This document shows positions 19,768-32,099 of a stretch of DNA of 64,000 bases, piece after piece (position 1 is the stretch's first letter; every line of letters starts with the position of its first letter). The position numbers and the translations under genes are program-made. Below the pieces are notes generated by a model. It made no database searches. It saw nothing but the letters and a program-made list of their open reading frames with translations, and was not told the DNA's origin. The stretch spans positions 189,658,001 through 189,722,000 of the forward strand of contig OX597814.1 in the NCBI GenBank assembly GCA_951406725.2, written 5' to 3'. This stretch comes from Octopus vulgaris (Eukaryota).

Positions 19768-19810
19768 TACTTAACCGGTTTCACTCTTTGGAAAAAGATT
19801 GTCAAAAGTA
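19768..19810 (-). ncRNA. Minimal hammerhead ribozyme with U3-A8 core
   Basis: Reverse complement tactt-TTGACAA-tcttt ttcc aaaga gt-GAAA-ccg-GTT-aagta, then AATAAA. Confidence 0.65.
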
Positions 19811-21126
19811 ACAGATGGAAGTTTGGTTGCGTTAATTATTGGTTGTTGCAAATTGCTACATTACATGTATATATATACAGTCTTTGGTAACAGGGACATG
19901 TTAAGGACATAAAAAAGTACAACAGTATGATGAGAATATAAAGAGGTTTAACAAGCTCATTGAAAAAATGGGCAGAATATATATATATATATACATAATA
20001 TACACATGCATACATACATGGGCAGAATATATATATATACATAATATACACATACATACATACATACATACATACATATTTATACACATATATCCGAGCA
20101 GTATATCTCATTCTATAACTCTATTACCCTCTTCATTGTTTTCCCTTAATCTTTCTCTCTTTCCCTTTCTCTCTCTCTCTCTTCCTCTCACTTTGTCACT
20201 GTCTCCCTCTTTCTCCCTCTCTCCCTGACTCTCTCTTTCACTCACCCTCTCTCTCCCTCTCTCCCTCTCTCTCACTCATTCTCTGTATTTTTAAATAAAT
20301 CAATGCATTACTCTAGATGTTTATATACGTGGGTATGTATCAATGGAACACCAGTCGGTCGATAGATCTATCTGTTATAAAATGTTCTCTTTCTATCGTT
20401 CTATCAATCTATATTGTCCGTGTATCAATATATCTGTATTGTTGTCCATCCTCTGTGTTTTTCAGATATTACGGTTTATATACGTGTACGTTTCTGGCCA
20501 TGTATGTGTATATATATATATAGAGGGGGAGGGAGAGAGAGAAAGAGAGGGAGAGAGGGAAGGGGGAAAGGGAGAGAGATACATATAGATAGATAGATAC
20601 ATACATACATATTATTTTATGTAGAAAAATACAAACTGGGACAAGAACGTAAAACATTTAGAAGACGATACAAAAAACACGGACGGGACATTCGAAGCCT
20701 TCAATCTTCAGTCAAGAACCGGATCATCGTAGCAATTTCGGCTGATTAATCTTGAGATCGCTCCGATCCGGCCAGCCCCAAGGAAAAACTAATCTACGAG
20801 CATTAGATTTCTTGGAAGAAGGATCGAATGTATACGAAACAGGGACAGAAAAACGGACGATGCCACACGAATATAAAATACAAAAAACAATAACGGTAAA
20901 AACAAGACAAAGACAGCGGGTGTCTTACGACTAATAAACAGTACAAGTTTAGCTGGCGTATTTTGAAAAAAATGCCTTTATCGGCAGACGAAGACAACAG
21001 ATGTTCTCACGGCGGTGGTCGAAGCCCAAAAGGCTGATTTTGACCAGCGGTCACGTGACAGAAGAAAGAGAAAAGAAAGGGGGCAAAGGAAACAAAGAGC
21101 GAGAGAAAGAGGGACACATACATACA

Positions 21127-21157
<31 letters not shown>

Positions 21158-21289
21158 GCATATACATATATATATGTTTGTACACACAGACGCGCGCGCA
21201 CACACACATACACATATATATATATATATATATAAAGAGTGAGAGAGAAAGAGGGAGATAACGATATATATATATATATATATATATAT

Positions 21290-21919
21290 AAACAATTGAG
21301 GATAAAATCTTTAAAAGAAATTATCAGTAGTTAGCGTGAAAAACCTCGTAAGAGAAAAAATCCGTAAATTCTTCCTCTTTGAAAATATTCATTTATATTA
21401 TATTGAGGGTAATACTATTCGTAGATACCAACACGCTAAGAGGGACCAATGCGGTCAAAACTACTAAAAATAAACAAAATTTTACCGAATGAAAAACTTC
21501 AAAACACATCATTTTAAAAAAGAATTCAGTTACATATCACATGTGATTTCGCATTTAATGCAGAATATGCATTTCATGTTCATCAGTGCAACAAACTCAA
21601 GAAATATAAGAGAAAACATAACATTACAAGCTCGATAGCCAACAGTAGAATTCATCGTAGCAAACGATGAATTCTACGGTTGGCTATCGAGCTTGTAATG
21701 TTATGTTTTCTCTTATATTTCTTGAGTTTGTTGCACTGATGAACATGAAATGCATATTCTGCATTAAATGCGAAATCACATGTGATATGTAACTGAATTC
21801 TTTTTTAAAATGATGTGTTTTGAAGTTTTTCATTCGGTAAAATTTTGTTTATTTTTAGTAGTTTTGACCGCATTGGTCCGTCCCTCTTAGCGTGTTGGTA
21901 TCTACGAATAGTAGTACCC

Positions 21920-21920
<1 letters not shown>
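21290..21920. repeat. Foldback palindrome (arms 21406-21658 and 21664-21920) with tail on the left
   Basis: About 255-bp near-perfect arms, 5-nt loop, HHR in each arm, (TA)n on both sides. Confidence 0.88.
21731..21792 (+). ncRNA. Type I hammerhead ribozyme (inverted copy on - strand at 21530-21591)
   Basis: ttgca-CTGATGA-acatgaaatgca tattc tgcattaaatgc-GAAA-tcacatgtga-TA-tgtaa; palindromic stem III. Confidence 0.82.
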
Positions 21921-21972
<52 letters not shown>

Positions 21973-22043
21973 GCATACAGAGATAAACAGACGGGATAAA
22001 AAGACAGACAGACAGACAGACAGACAGAAAGATAGATAGATAA

Positions 22044-22096
<53 letters not shown>

Positions 22097-23040
22097 AATG
22101 TATGCTTGCACTCGGTATATATGTGTGCATTTAGGTAGATAGGTAGTTAAGCACGTATGTATTTATGTACCTATTGATGTTTTTTTCATGATTATATATA
22201 TATTTAACTCTAAGGAATTAATTTTGAAGAATGCTTAGCGGCATTTTGTCCATTTTCACGTTCTGAGTCAAATTCCGCCGGGATGGGCTTGGCTTTCATC
22301 ATTTCGGAGTCGATAAAATATGTACCAGTTTAGTCTTGGGGACGATGTAATCGACTTACCCCTTTCCCCGAAATTGCTGGCCTTGTGCCAAATTTTGAAA
22401 TATACATATGTGTATTTTAATGTACTATACCTATCGAGTTTATTTATCATGTATAGATAAATTAGATTTTAATGTACATCTATATCTATATATTAGTTAG
22501 ATATCCATACATAGATATCTCTCTAACTATTTAGACCTGTCTGTGTGGTTAAAAATTTTGCTTTTCAAATACGTATCATGGTTTAAATCCCCGCAAGCGG
22601 TGCAGTGTCAAGTGTCAAGATCGAAGCCAATTAACACCTTGTGAGTAAAATTTGGTCAATGGAAAATATGTTGATATTCGTCGTGTATGTGTATATGTAT
22701 GTATAAATATATATATGAATGGAACCAAACCGCAATGGAGGCCATTAAAACGTTCGGACAGATAGACGATACAGAGGCAGGCAAGAGAAACAACAATTAG
22801 AAGGACAGGTGAAAAAAAAAAGGCGGGTCATTCTTGGCTTTCTTTCATCAGTCAAGTCCCAGAAGTCACGACCATTTCGAGCAGTTATACTTGAGATTGT
22901 TCGATCTGGTTGACCCCCAAAAGTCTAAGCTAAAAGCATTAGACCCCTTTGTAAGAAAGTCAACGAATGTGTACGGCAATAAAACAAATAAAAAATCGGA
23001 GAATATGGTACACAATTACGAATGAATGTATGTATAAATA

Positions 23041-23190
23041 CATACTCTCCTACCCTGATGTAATCTCCAGGGATACAGACATCCAGCAACAGGACCTCCG
23101 TAATGCCATCATGGACCGTGAAGTCTGGCGTAGCATGGTAAATTCCATTGTCTCGACCACGGTCGAACAATGATGAATGATGATGATGAT
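23041..23190 (+). mobile_element. RTE-type LINE 3' end
   Basis: LSYPDVISRDT..DLRNAIMDREVWRSMV* followed by a (TGA)n tail. Confidence 0.7.
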
Positions 23191-23244
23191 ATGTGTGTGT
23201 GTGTATACACTTATATGGATATATATACACTTAGATAATTATGT

Positions 23245-24150
23245 AGAAGCCTTTCCATGCCTCCTTCAATTCCACTTTGTCACCCTGAGCCCATCCTTGT
23301 TCTTTAGTACCATTCCTTTCGACCTACAGCGAGCCAGCCCTCTCCTGGATCTGTTGAACCTTTTCATTTCCCCAGCCGCTTGCGTCAATTTCGATAGACT
23401 ATAAATCTCAAAGTCATTTCTTAGATACTGTCTGATCGCTTTGCAGAGAACGGAATACCCGAAGTGATCTTTCATGCTCCGCTCCATATTTTCCGTGTCT
23501 CTAGCATTTTTTTCGTCTCCTCCGAGATTCTTCCGTCAGGGTCTCCCTGGCTTGAACCTTTTCATTTCCATATGCAGCTTTTAATTTTTAAGGTCAGCAA
23601 GCTGTAGTCCTCATCGGGCTTTTCATGCTTACTCTAAATTTCCTCCTTGATAGCTCCCTGCAACTGTTTCCCAACAAAGGCTTTGGTGCGTTGCTTCTTC
23701 ATTGAGATATGCAGAGCCTTTTTCTCTTTTATTTCATTGATCATGATCTTCTCCCGTAGCAAATGATAATCATTGCCTGTGCTAAATGGCGCTGCTACTG
23801 AGAAGATCTGCAATATACAGTTGATAATCTGTTGCACCAAGTCAATATTCTGTATATCGTGATGTTGGATTGCTTCGAGTTCTGTTGTTAGATGCTTTTC
23901 GGTGACCACATGAAGCATAATGCAGGGGACTAAGAATAAATGTCCTCTACATGAGAAGCATAGTATCCTTTTTCTTTGTTCTGAATGATCTCAGAATACA
24001 ACGCGCCACTGGCCTGCACAGTAGTAACGTGCAATCCCAAACCCTGGTTCTCTGTATTCCATTTGTAATGTTTGTGGGCCAATAGAGAGTAGAGTGATTG
24101 AAACCCTCCAACATCGAGCTGCATGTTATTTTCGCCAACCCACAGTGAAT
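23245..24150 (-). pseudogene. Degenerate coding-like sequence, possibly a pogo/Fot1 DDE transposase remnant
   Basis: Consecutive minus-strand ORF fragments; MQLDVGGFQSL resembles the QPLDVGxF motif. Confidence 0.3.
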
Positions 24151-24267
24151 TGAATTTAGGTTTTACGGCGCTTTTAGAGTGCCATCAGGGTTGCAATATA
24201 TTTCTATCATCAGTATAGCTGGTGAGAGTGACTGACATTCACACCTGTGTGCATATCGGACACAGTT

Positions 24268-24317
24268 ACTACAAACTGAAGAGACGCAGTACGTCGACAT
24301 GACGTGATCTGGCAGTT
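24268..24317 (+). ncRNA. Decayed hammerhead ribozyme, copy 1 of a tandem unit
   Basis: CTGAAGA-gacg cagta cgtc-GACA-tgacgtga-TC-tggcagt (GAAA mutated to GACA). Confidence 0.55.
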
Positions 24318-24344
24318 GTTGTCTACCAACAATGTAAATATGTT

Positions 24345-24761
24345 AAGGCGGCGAGTTGGCAAAAAAGATAGCACGCCGGGCGAAATGCTTAGGAGTATTT
24401 CGTCTGCCGTTACGTTCTGGGTTCAAATTCCGCCGAGGTCAACTTTGCCTTTTATCCTTTCGGGGGTCGACAAATTAAGTACCAGTTACGCACTGGGGTC
24501 GATGTAATCGACGTAATCCCTTTGTCTATCCTTGTTTGTCCCCTCTGTGTGTAGCCCCTTGTGGTTAGAAAAGAAATAGATATTTCGTCTGCCGCTACGT
24601 TCTTAGTTCAAATTCCGCTGAGGTCGACTTTGCCTTTCATCCTTTCGGGGTCGATAAATTAAGTATCCGTTAGGCACTGGGGTCGGTGTAATCGACGTAA
24701 TCCCTTTGTCTGTCCTTGTTTGTCCCCTCTATGTTTAGCCCCTTGTGGGCTATAAAGAAAT
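24345..24761 (+). mobile_element. tRNA-derived SINE family B (Meta-domain-like), dimer with 17-bp TSD
   Basis: B box GAGTTCAAATTCC, GCCTTTCATCCTTTCGGGGTCGATAAAT core; TSD aacaatgtaaata(t/c)gtt at 24328-24344 and 24762-24778. Confidence 0.85.
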
Positions 24762-25024
24762 AACAATGTAAATACGTTTGTTTTTATGCACCATGCCTCC
24801 ATATGAGAGGACCTCTCAAGGCGAATGTCGCAGTATTAGTCGTTCTGACAAAACATCCACATTAATTTGGATATAAAGATTGTTTATAAGTATTAATACA
24901 ACCTCTGTCGCTGATAATTACTTTTATAAATAAACCTGCTCATCATTTATGAAATCAGTGTCTGGAAAGTCACTAAAATTCTATATATCAATGACAGTGA
25001 TATCTGGCTGATATGTAGCAAGCT

Positions 25025-25078
25025 GAATTCCATCGCTGAAAAGACACATTACACAGAAATCACATGATCTGGTAGTTC
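25025..25078 (+). ncRNA. Decayed hammerhead ribozyme, copy 2 of a tandem unit
   Basis: gaattcca..CTGAAAA..GAAA-tcacatga-TC-tggtagttc. Confidence 0.5.
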
Positions 25079-25445
25079 TGGGGCCCATATCAGACGGTTG
25101 TTATATGCCAATGGCATAAACGTGTGCTTTTATTAACCATGAGCCTATATGAGAGATCCTCGTATAGATGAATAGCGTACGATTCGGTGTTATAACAAAA
25201 TATTCACGTTAAGTTGGATGTAAAGATTGCCTTTTGATATATATGTATATATGTATGTGTGTGAGAGAGAGTGTGTGTGTATGTGTACAGTCACAGAGAG
25301 TAAATAAAAATACATCCACACTCACACACACACACACACACATATATATATACACGAGTGTGTGTATGTACGTATGTATATTTGCATGCATGTATATATG
25401 TATAAATGCAGACATATACATGGACACTTACGCACATATACAATA

Positions 25446-25652
25446 GAAGAAGAAGAAGAAGAAGAAGAAGAAGAAGAAGAAGGAGGAGATAGAGGAGGAG
25501 AAGGAGGAGGAGAAGGAGGAGGAGAAGAAGAAGAAGAAGAAGAAGAAGAAGGAGAAGAAGAAGAAGAAGAAGAAGAAGAAGAAAAAGAAGAAGAAGAAGA
25601 AGAAGAAGAAGAAGAAGAAGAAGAAGAAGAAGAAGAAGAAGAAGAAGAAGAT
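25446..25652. repeat. (GAA)n/(GGA)n polypurine tract
   Basis: About 205 bp of GAA/GGA triplets. Confidence 0.95.
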
Positions 25653-26109
25653 ACTCCTGCTTTCTTCTACTCTCGGATATACTCACTGTAAATTATGTAT
25701 GTCTTATCTTTTACTTGCTTTTTTCATTAGGCTGCGACCATGCTGGGGCACCGCCTTAAAACTTGCGGGGACCTAAACAAACAAACAAACACTGGTCGAT
25801 GGAATCAACTTACAAGGCTCTGGTCGAATTATAATAGATATAAACATATCCCGAAATGTGCGTTTGTATATATATATATATCTGTGTGTGTGTGTATGTA
25901 TGTAAAATTCCGTCTCGTGAGGTAATATAATAGTTATGTACTATAAGTGTTCTGGGTTGGTTTGTCACTAATACTCCGTTTTGTACTGTAACTGAAACAA
26001 ATCTGGTTTTGAAGCAGCCTATCCAAGATGGCTGCTAGTGTCAGCTCATTGAGCGGGTAGATATATTTTAGAAAGAATGAACGAACAAGCAAAGCATGTA
26101 TTTAATCTG

Positions 26110-26990
26110 TAATTCAAGCATAATTTCAGAGTAGTTATACAAGATAAGGAATTAAGAAATAAAGCGTAAAGTTTCTTACATCTGTTCCTAAAACAGCTGA
26201 ACATATGGGTAATATGTCATTAAGAAAAGATTTCCACGTACCGTAAATCTTCACCCTTGAGTATAATACGCAGGGGATTTTTAGGGGGCTGTATTTCTGA
26301 AAAACCTAAACCTTGTGTATAATATGCAGCCCTTCTCTAACTTGAGTCGTGCGTAATTAAACCAGCAGCACCTAGTCGAACAAACATTTCCGTGCATGCG
26401 TAATACAATAATGGCGATGTTCTTAACTGTTATATGGGAATGTAAATATGTTTGCAAATTGTTTTTGTTACATGTTATTCTGTTTTCTGAATACTTTTAT
26501 TTTAATAAATGTTGCTTACTGCAAGTTGTGGATGATTCTTTTATTACTTCATTGCTTTCAGGCTTAGCTTAACGTATTTTCGCGCCCGACATCACAAAAT
26601 GCGTCTGAATAAACATTACCGGACAGCAAATAGAGACTCAGACATTGCTTAGAATATATTTTTCATGTTTAACCTCGTATATAGTACACACTAGGGATTT
26701 TGACCTTCAAATTTATGGGGGGAAATGCGGATTATACTGGAGGATTTACGGTAAGCCAACTTCTCTTCGAAAATGGAACTAGTAAATACTATTATCTTTT
26801 ATCAAGGGTACTCCTTGATTCTTCAACAAGTGCGAGCTGCTATGACATAGTTGGCTTACGTGGAAATTTTTGCTTAGTGACATATGTTTCGCATGCTCGG
26901 CTACTCTAGAAACAGCTGTAAGAGTTTTTACGTGTTATTTCTTAATGCCGTACTTACTATAATTACTCTGGAATTATATTTGAATTTTAA
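26110..26990. repeat. Old inverted repeat interrupted by a MITE
   Basis: Left arm 26110-26240 plus 26752-26761 matches the reverse complement of 26849-26990; GAAA-CAGCT-GTA at 26909-26920. Confidence 0.6.
26241..26751. mobile_element. pogo-like MITE with TA duplication
   Basis: ta-ccgtaaatc...gagtataat / attatactggaggatttacgg-ta. Confidence 0.7.
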
Positions 26991-27134
26991 AGTAAATGCT
27001 CTGAAGTGATATCACGTTTTGCTTGCTCCTAATATGTGTTTGTGTTTTTGTGTGTGTATACATATATACATACACACATACATATATATATAATAATGTG
27101 TGTGTGTATGCATTAATGTATGCATATATATATG

Positions 27135-27194
<60 letters not shown>

Positions 27195-27814
27195 TGTGTG
27201 CTTATGTGTATAGATTAACGTATGCATGTGTGTATACATAGTTGCATACGTATAGATACAAGAAGTTACATAATATGTTTATATACATGTGTGTATGGGT
27301 GTATGCGTGAGTGAGTACATACACTCACACATAAACACACTATCTATATGTGTTTGTGAGTATGTGTGTGTTTATATACATACAGTTGTGTAGCATTTCA
27401 AGATGGGACAGAAACAAATGCTTCTTTGGTCTTAATTGATGTATTTTTCTTTCTGTAGTTTCAGATCAGAGCTGTGGCCATGCTGATGCACCGACGTTTT
27501 GCTACACTGTTATTACTGAGAGCCTCATCTAATATGTGACACTTGGTGAAGAATGGAGTTTGATATAGCTACCCTGGTTCGCACCTCTTGCCGTGATGTA
27601 GGTTCATCTGGGACTCTCGACAGGAAAAGTTCCAGCTTTGATTTTAAAACGCCTACATCTACTTTGTGAAGGTTCCTCAGGCTTTTTGGAGAATATTAAA
27701 AAGCTGCGAGTCCTTGAAATCCAGGCTGTTGCAGTAACTGTTCCTGAAGCGTGAGGGCGTTGCTGGGATCTATGGCACCATGCAGTGTCGTTCCGTTCTG
27801 GCATAAGATAATAT

Positions 27815-28930
27815 TTCATTTCATTATTGATAACAGTCTCATCTATTTGGCAAAATGTTGATCCCTTGGGCGTAAAATTCTTTAGAATTCCAAGCAAAGA
27901 ATCATCCAATATTACTTTTAACCTCTTGACATTTAACAAAATATTTTCCAGCAAATAATGTTGCAACGATCTGAAAAAGTGACAGTCAAATGAAGCAAAG
28001 TTAGAAGAATAAAGAGGTTGAAGCAAAACTGTCACAGTTACTGCCATAATATTTCCCTGAGATATTTCGGTGATGTGTGGTTGTGTATTATTGTGTAAGA
28101 CCAACACTCCTTTAGAACTGACCGATAGTGTATGCTTTTCTACATTCCCAAATGGTGACAAATCTCCACGTTAACTGTTTCATTTTGGTTTAACATTTCA
28201 TGGTAGTGAAGGCCATTTATATGTCATTAATCAAGGAGCATAACATTTTTAAGTGTACTAATGATTTGAAGATGGACTGTCATATTTCATTGGGTGCTAA
28301 CCATTGAAGCTTGCGTTGGATATGATTATAGAGAGACTATTTTTAATCACATATGATGATTCTAATCAGGATCGGTAGCAAGTCTTCTCTTGAGGACAAC
28401 ACTTTGATTAAGCTAAGAAAGTAGTCAGATGATGAGAGATGGACCCATTAACCAAGTTTAGACTCTTCTTAATCCATGAAAGTGTTTTACAATCGAAGTA
28501 TGACTTGTATTCAACTGTTTTGCTAATTTTTGAGCAGTTTGCTTTGGATTTTCCTCAAATGCGAACGTCAGAAACTCATTATGCGCATAGAACCCGGTCG
28601 TCCTTATCAAAGGAAATATATGAGGGAAAAACTTACCAAGTGAAACTGGCCAAACCGTGTTTTCTTCTCCGGACTTTTAAAACTTCATTTTCATGGGATG
28701 AATATTTCTTCTTGCTTCAATTACTGAAGAGGCCCTTTTGAATTCGCACAACAAGCATTGAATTCGAACAGTAAACATTGAATTCGAACAGTAAGCATCG
28801 AATTCGAAGAGTAAGTATTGAATTCGCACAGCAAGCATCGAATTCGCACAGCAAGCATTGAATTCGCACAGCAAGCATTGAATTCGCACAGCAAGCATTG
28901 AATTCGCACAGCAAGCATTAATAGGGCTGC
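27815..28930 (-). pseudogene. Mariner transposase remnant
   Basis: CLLCEFKRASSVIEARRNI (N-terminus), RFGQFHLVSFSL..GRP, VLVLHNNTQPH, LQPLYSSNFASFDCHFFRSLQHYL (cf. HPPYSPDLAPSDYHLFRSLQ). Confidence 0.8.
28740..28919. repeat. Minisatellite, 9 x 20 bp (GAATTCGCACAGCAAGCATT)
   Basis: Nine head-to-tail units with no spacers. Confidence 0.95.
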
Positions 28931-28962
28931 CAAAGAAGTGCTCAAATATAAATGAGACGAAG

Positions 28963-30086
28963 ATAAAGAAGTATTGGTTATAGAACAACCATTAAATATG
29001 GGTCAACGACATTACATACAAAACCACCCCTCAAACATTTAATCATATATAAAAATCACCATGGTTTTCAAAGAAGGTAAAACTATATATTCGAATAAAA
29101 TACAAATAGAACGGCCTATCAAAAAGTTAAATATACACGACTAAAAATTCATAAACTACCCAAAAAAACTAATAGACAAATATAAAATAAATAAAGATAA
29201 AAATAAAAGAAAATAAATGTCCACCGACTAAAATAAGTTTTAGCGGACGATTAAAATATTTAAAAAAAATTTAATATTTGAAAAAAAGTCATACTTCCCT
29301 CACACAAGTACGTCCAAAATTCATAAGTAAACAGACTCCACAGGTCAAATTCACATACATCTTCTTAAAAAATTTGGACTGGTCCGTTGATAGGTTTTTC
29401 TTTTAAATTATATAATCTTTTCATGAAAAGTATAAGCGTTTCATAAAAAAAAGTTTTGGTCTTTGCGTGTGTCCTGTTTCCTGTTTATCCCGATGAGGGG
29501 GCCATCGCCGTGATGCCCTTTAGTGTAAATGAACTGTGGTGGTGAGCTCCCAAAAGAGCCATAGATATATGTGAATGTTGAATTTGACCTGTGGAATCTG
29601 TTTATTATGAACATTTGGACGTACTTGTGTGATGGGAGTAAAAGACTTTTTCCAGACGTATGTGAATTTGACCTGTGGAAGTCTGTTTACTTATGAATTT
29701 TGGACGTACTTGTGTGAGGGAAGTATAAGACTTCTTCAAATATTAAAAAACAAAATTTAATATTTTAATCGTGTGATAAAACTTTTATGGTCGGTGGACA
29801 TTTATTTTATCTTTACTTTATTTTTATTTTTATTTATTTTATATTTGTCTATTAGGATTTTTGGTAGTTTATGAATTATTAGTCGTGTATATTTAACAGT
29901 TTGATAGGTCGTTCTATTTGTATTTTATTCGATTATATATTTTTACCTTCTGTGATTTTATGTATATGTATTATTTTTATGTGTTTGAAACTATGGTGAT
30001 TTTTATAGATTATTAAATGTTTGAGGGGTGGTTTTGTATGTAAAGTCGTTGCCCCAAATTTAATGTTTGCTCTATAACCAACGCTT

Positions 30087-30091
<5 letters not shown>
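28963..30091. repeat. Large inverted repeat (arms about 28963-29362 and 29657-30091) with partial tandem duplication and decayed HHR in the spacer
   Basis: About 400-bp diverged inverted arms; 29568-29655 duplicates the start of the right arm; tatc-CCGATGA-ggggg..ctccc-AAAA..ATA-gata at 29486-29567. Confidence 0.75.
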
Positions 30092-30173
<82 letters not shown>

Positions 30174-30492
30174 TGTATGTATGTATGTATGTATATGTAT
30201 ATATGTATATGAGAAGGTTTGGAGATGATGTACAGGCATTATATATTAGAAGAAATAAGGTACTCAGAAATCTGGATGGTTTTATATTTACACATATTTA
30301 TTAATATGTCACATGTTTTTATAAATCATATATTGGCGCTTGCGTCCACTCTAGTGGAGTCATCAGATTAAACTTTTTCAGGAATTTTGTCTCTTTTTAT
30401 AGTACGAAAGTATTATTGTGTAGTGGTGGAGAGAGATATAAGATAGTACAAGAGGGTGAGGAATGGGGAGAGTGCGTGCGTGTGTGTGTGTG

Positions 30493-30830
30493 TAGTCTTC
30501 GAATCAACTTTTTCCTTTCTAGATTTGAGAAGCCGAATTACGCAAGATTGATATTTTGGCAGTGCGTTACATATCCCAGAGCCCGAATAATTACAGCTAT
30601 AAACTTGAACTTGTAGTCTGGATAGACTAAGTGCAGATTTCTCATTGATTCAGCGTAGGTATTTTCTTTTTAACTGATCTTTAGCTTTATATTAACATCT
30701 GCTGGGCAGCTAATTTCCACAACTGTACACAGTTTCTCTTTATCCAAAATTATATCAAGTCTGTTGTGCTTAAAATTTATTTATGTTTTCACAGGGATAT
30801 TCCAACAGTACACCTTTTTATTGAGTAGTT
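30493..30830 (-). pseudogene. RLE endonuclease domain remnant of an R4/Dong-like non-LTR retrotransposon
   Basis: KHNRLDIILDKEKLCTVVEISCPADVNIKLKIS*KENTY...AVIIRALGYVT with several stops. Confidence 0.75.
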
Positions 30831-31659
30831 TCGGCTTCTGCCATGCTGTGGGTTCTTATTTCTTTGTCCTTTGTCATTTGTCCTTTGTTGAAGTGAATCT
30901 AAAATTATTGCATATTACGCGATATATCGTGTAGTAAAGAAATATTAATGGACAACTAAAAACACCACTATACACGTCTCAACAGCGTGGCTATTTATTC
31001 AACAATGAGTAATGACAAAATAATTTACATAACTTCACACAATTGCATAACCGAACCATTCTACCAGGCGATATACGTCCTTCTGTTGGCGAAATAACTT
31101 TTAAATATTATTATATTAAAGGCAAGTTTCAGAGTAAATACAAACGTCCCAAAAGGCGGACGAGATAGTTAGGCTTACAACCAGCCACAATGTCCCATTT
31201 GCAAAGGCAACAAAACTGACGAAAGCAACTACTACAAAGGAGTGATTATATAACACTATCGCTGTCCAGATGGTAAATTCTAGATCCATTATTTATTGAG
31301 TGGTCGCTTCTGTAATGTATATTTCAATTGCCATTGTGAAAATCTTGAAGACTGTCCCCCTAGCAACTAATGATAAAATAATTCGCGTTAATTTATTGAT
31401 AAAAACGCAACATTGTTTCAAATAGAACGATAAAAAATTTCTGTTTGCTTTATGCAATTATACAAAGACGTGTACAAATGTATCGTCACTCACATTAACT
31501 TACCAATTTTTTTAAATGCACACCAAGAGGTAAATATAATTTTAAAATCTATTACACATGCACACAAATCAATATACAAATAGAATACAGACCTACATAC
31601 AGACCCACGCATATAAGCATACACACCCGTATGAATGCACACACACATACAAAATACAT

Positions 31660-31695
<36 letters not shown>

Positions 31696-31787
31696 GGGAG
31701 AATTCACAAAGAATTCACAAAAGACGAAGACGGGTGGTGCACACAACAAACAGATGTATTAGTATAACGCTCGGGAAGTGTGAAGAT

Positions 31788-31823
31788 CTTTAAAGTTTCG
31801 AGCCTACGCTCTTCCACAGAAAG
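31788..31823 (-). ncRNA. Minimal HHR-like motif (CUGUNGA family)
   Basis: Reverse complement cttt-CTGTGGA-agagc gtag gctc-GAAA-ct-TT-aaag; same repeat family as 56267. Confidence 0.5.
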
Positions 31824-31849
31824 TTACACAGAAAGAAACAAGGAGAGAA

Positions 31850-31900
<51 letters not shown>

Positions 31901-32099
31901 CACGATGCAAATAGCGATTATTTTTATCCGTTGGTAGATATAGGCACTGACCAACAAACAATTTGTGTCCACGTACATACTCGTATGAGCGGATACATAT
32001 ATATGCATATATATACGCAAACAAATATGCGCAGACACACGGAAAATCACCGTTACCTTTAAATTCATTCTTTATAAAAGTCAAGGCAAATATTACGAT

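Noticed and set aside
25362-25691. Acidic poly-Glu protein
   Set aside because: A (GAA)n microsatellite; no splice signals or flanking coding sequence seen.
28740-28919. CRISPR-like regular repeat
   Set aside because: Units are contiguous with no unique spacers, there are no cas genes, the context is eukaryotic, and the unit derives from mariner sequence.
30290-30370. HHR on the minus strand (CTGATGA-ctccac..gtggac)
   Set aside because: No correctly placed GAAA/UH in this copy; too degenerate to call.
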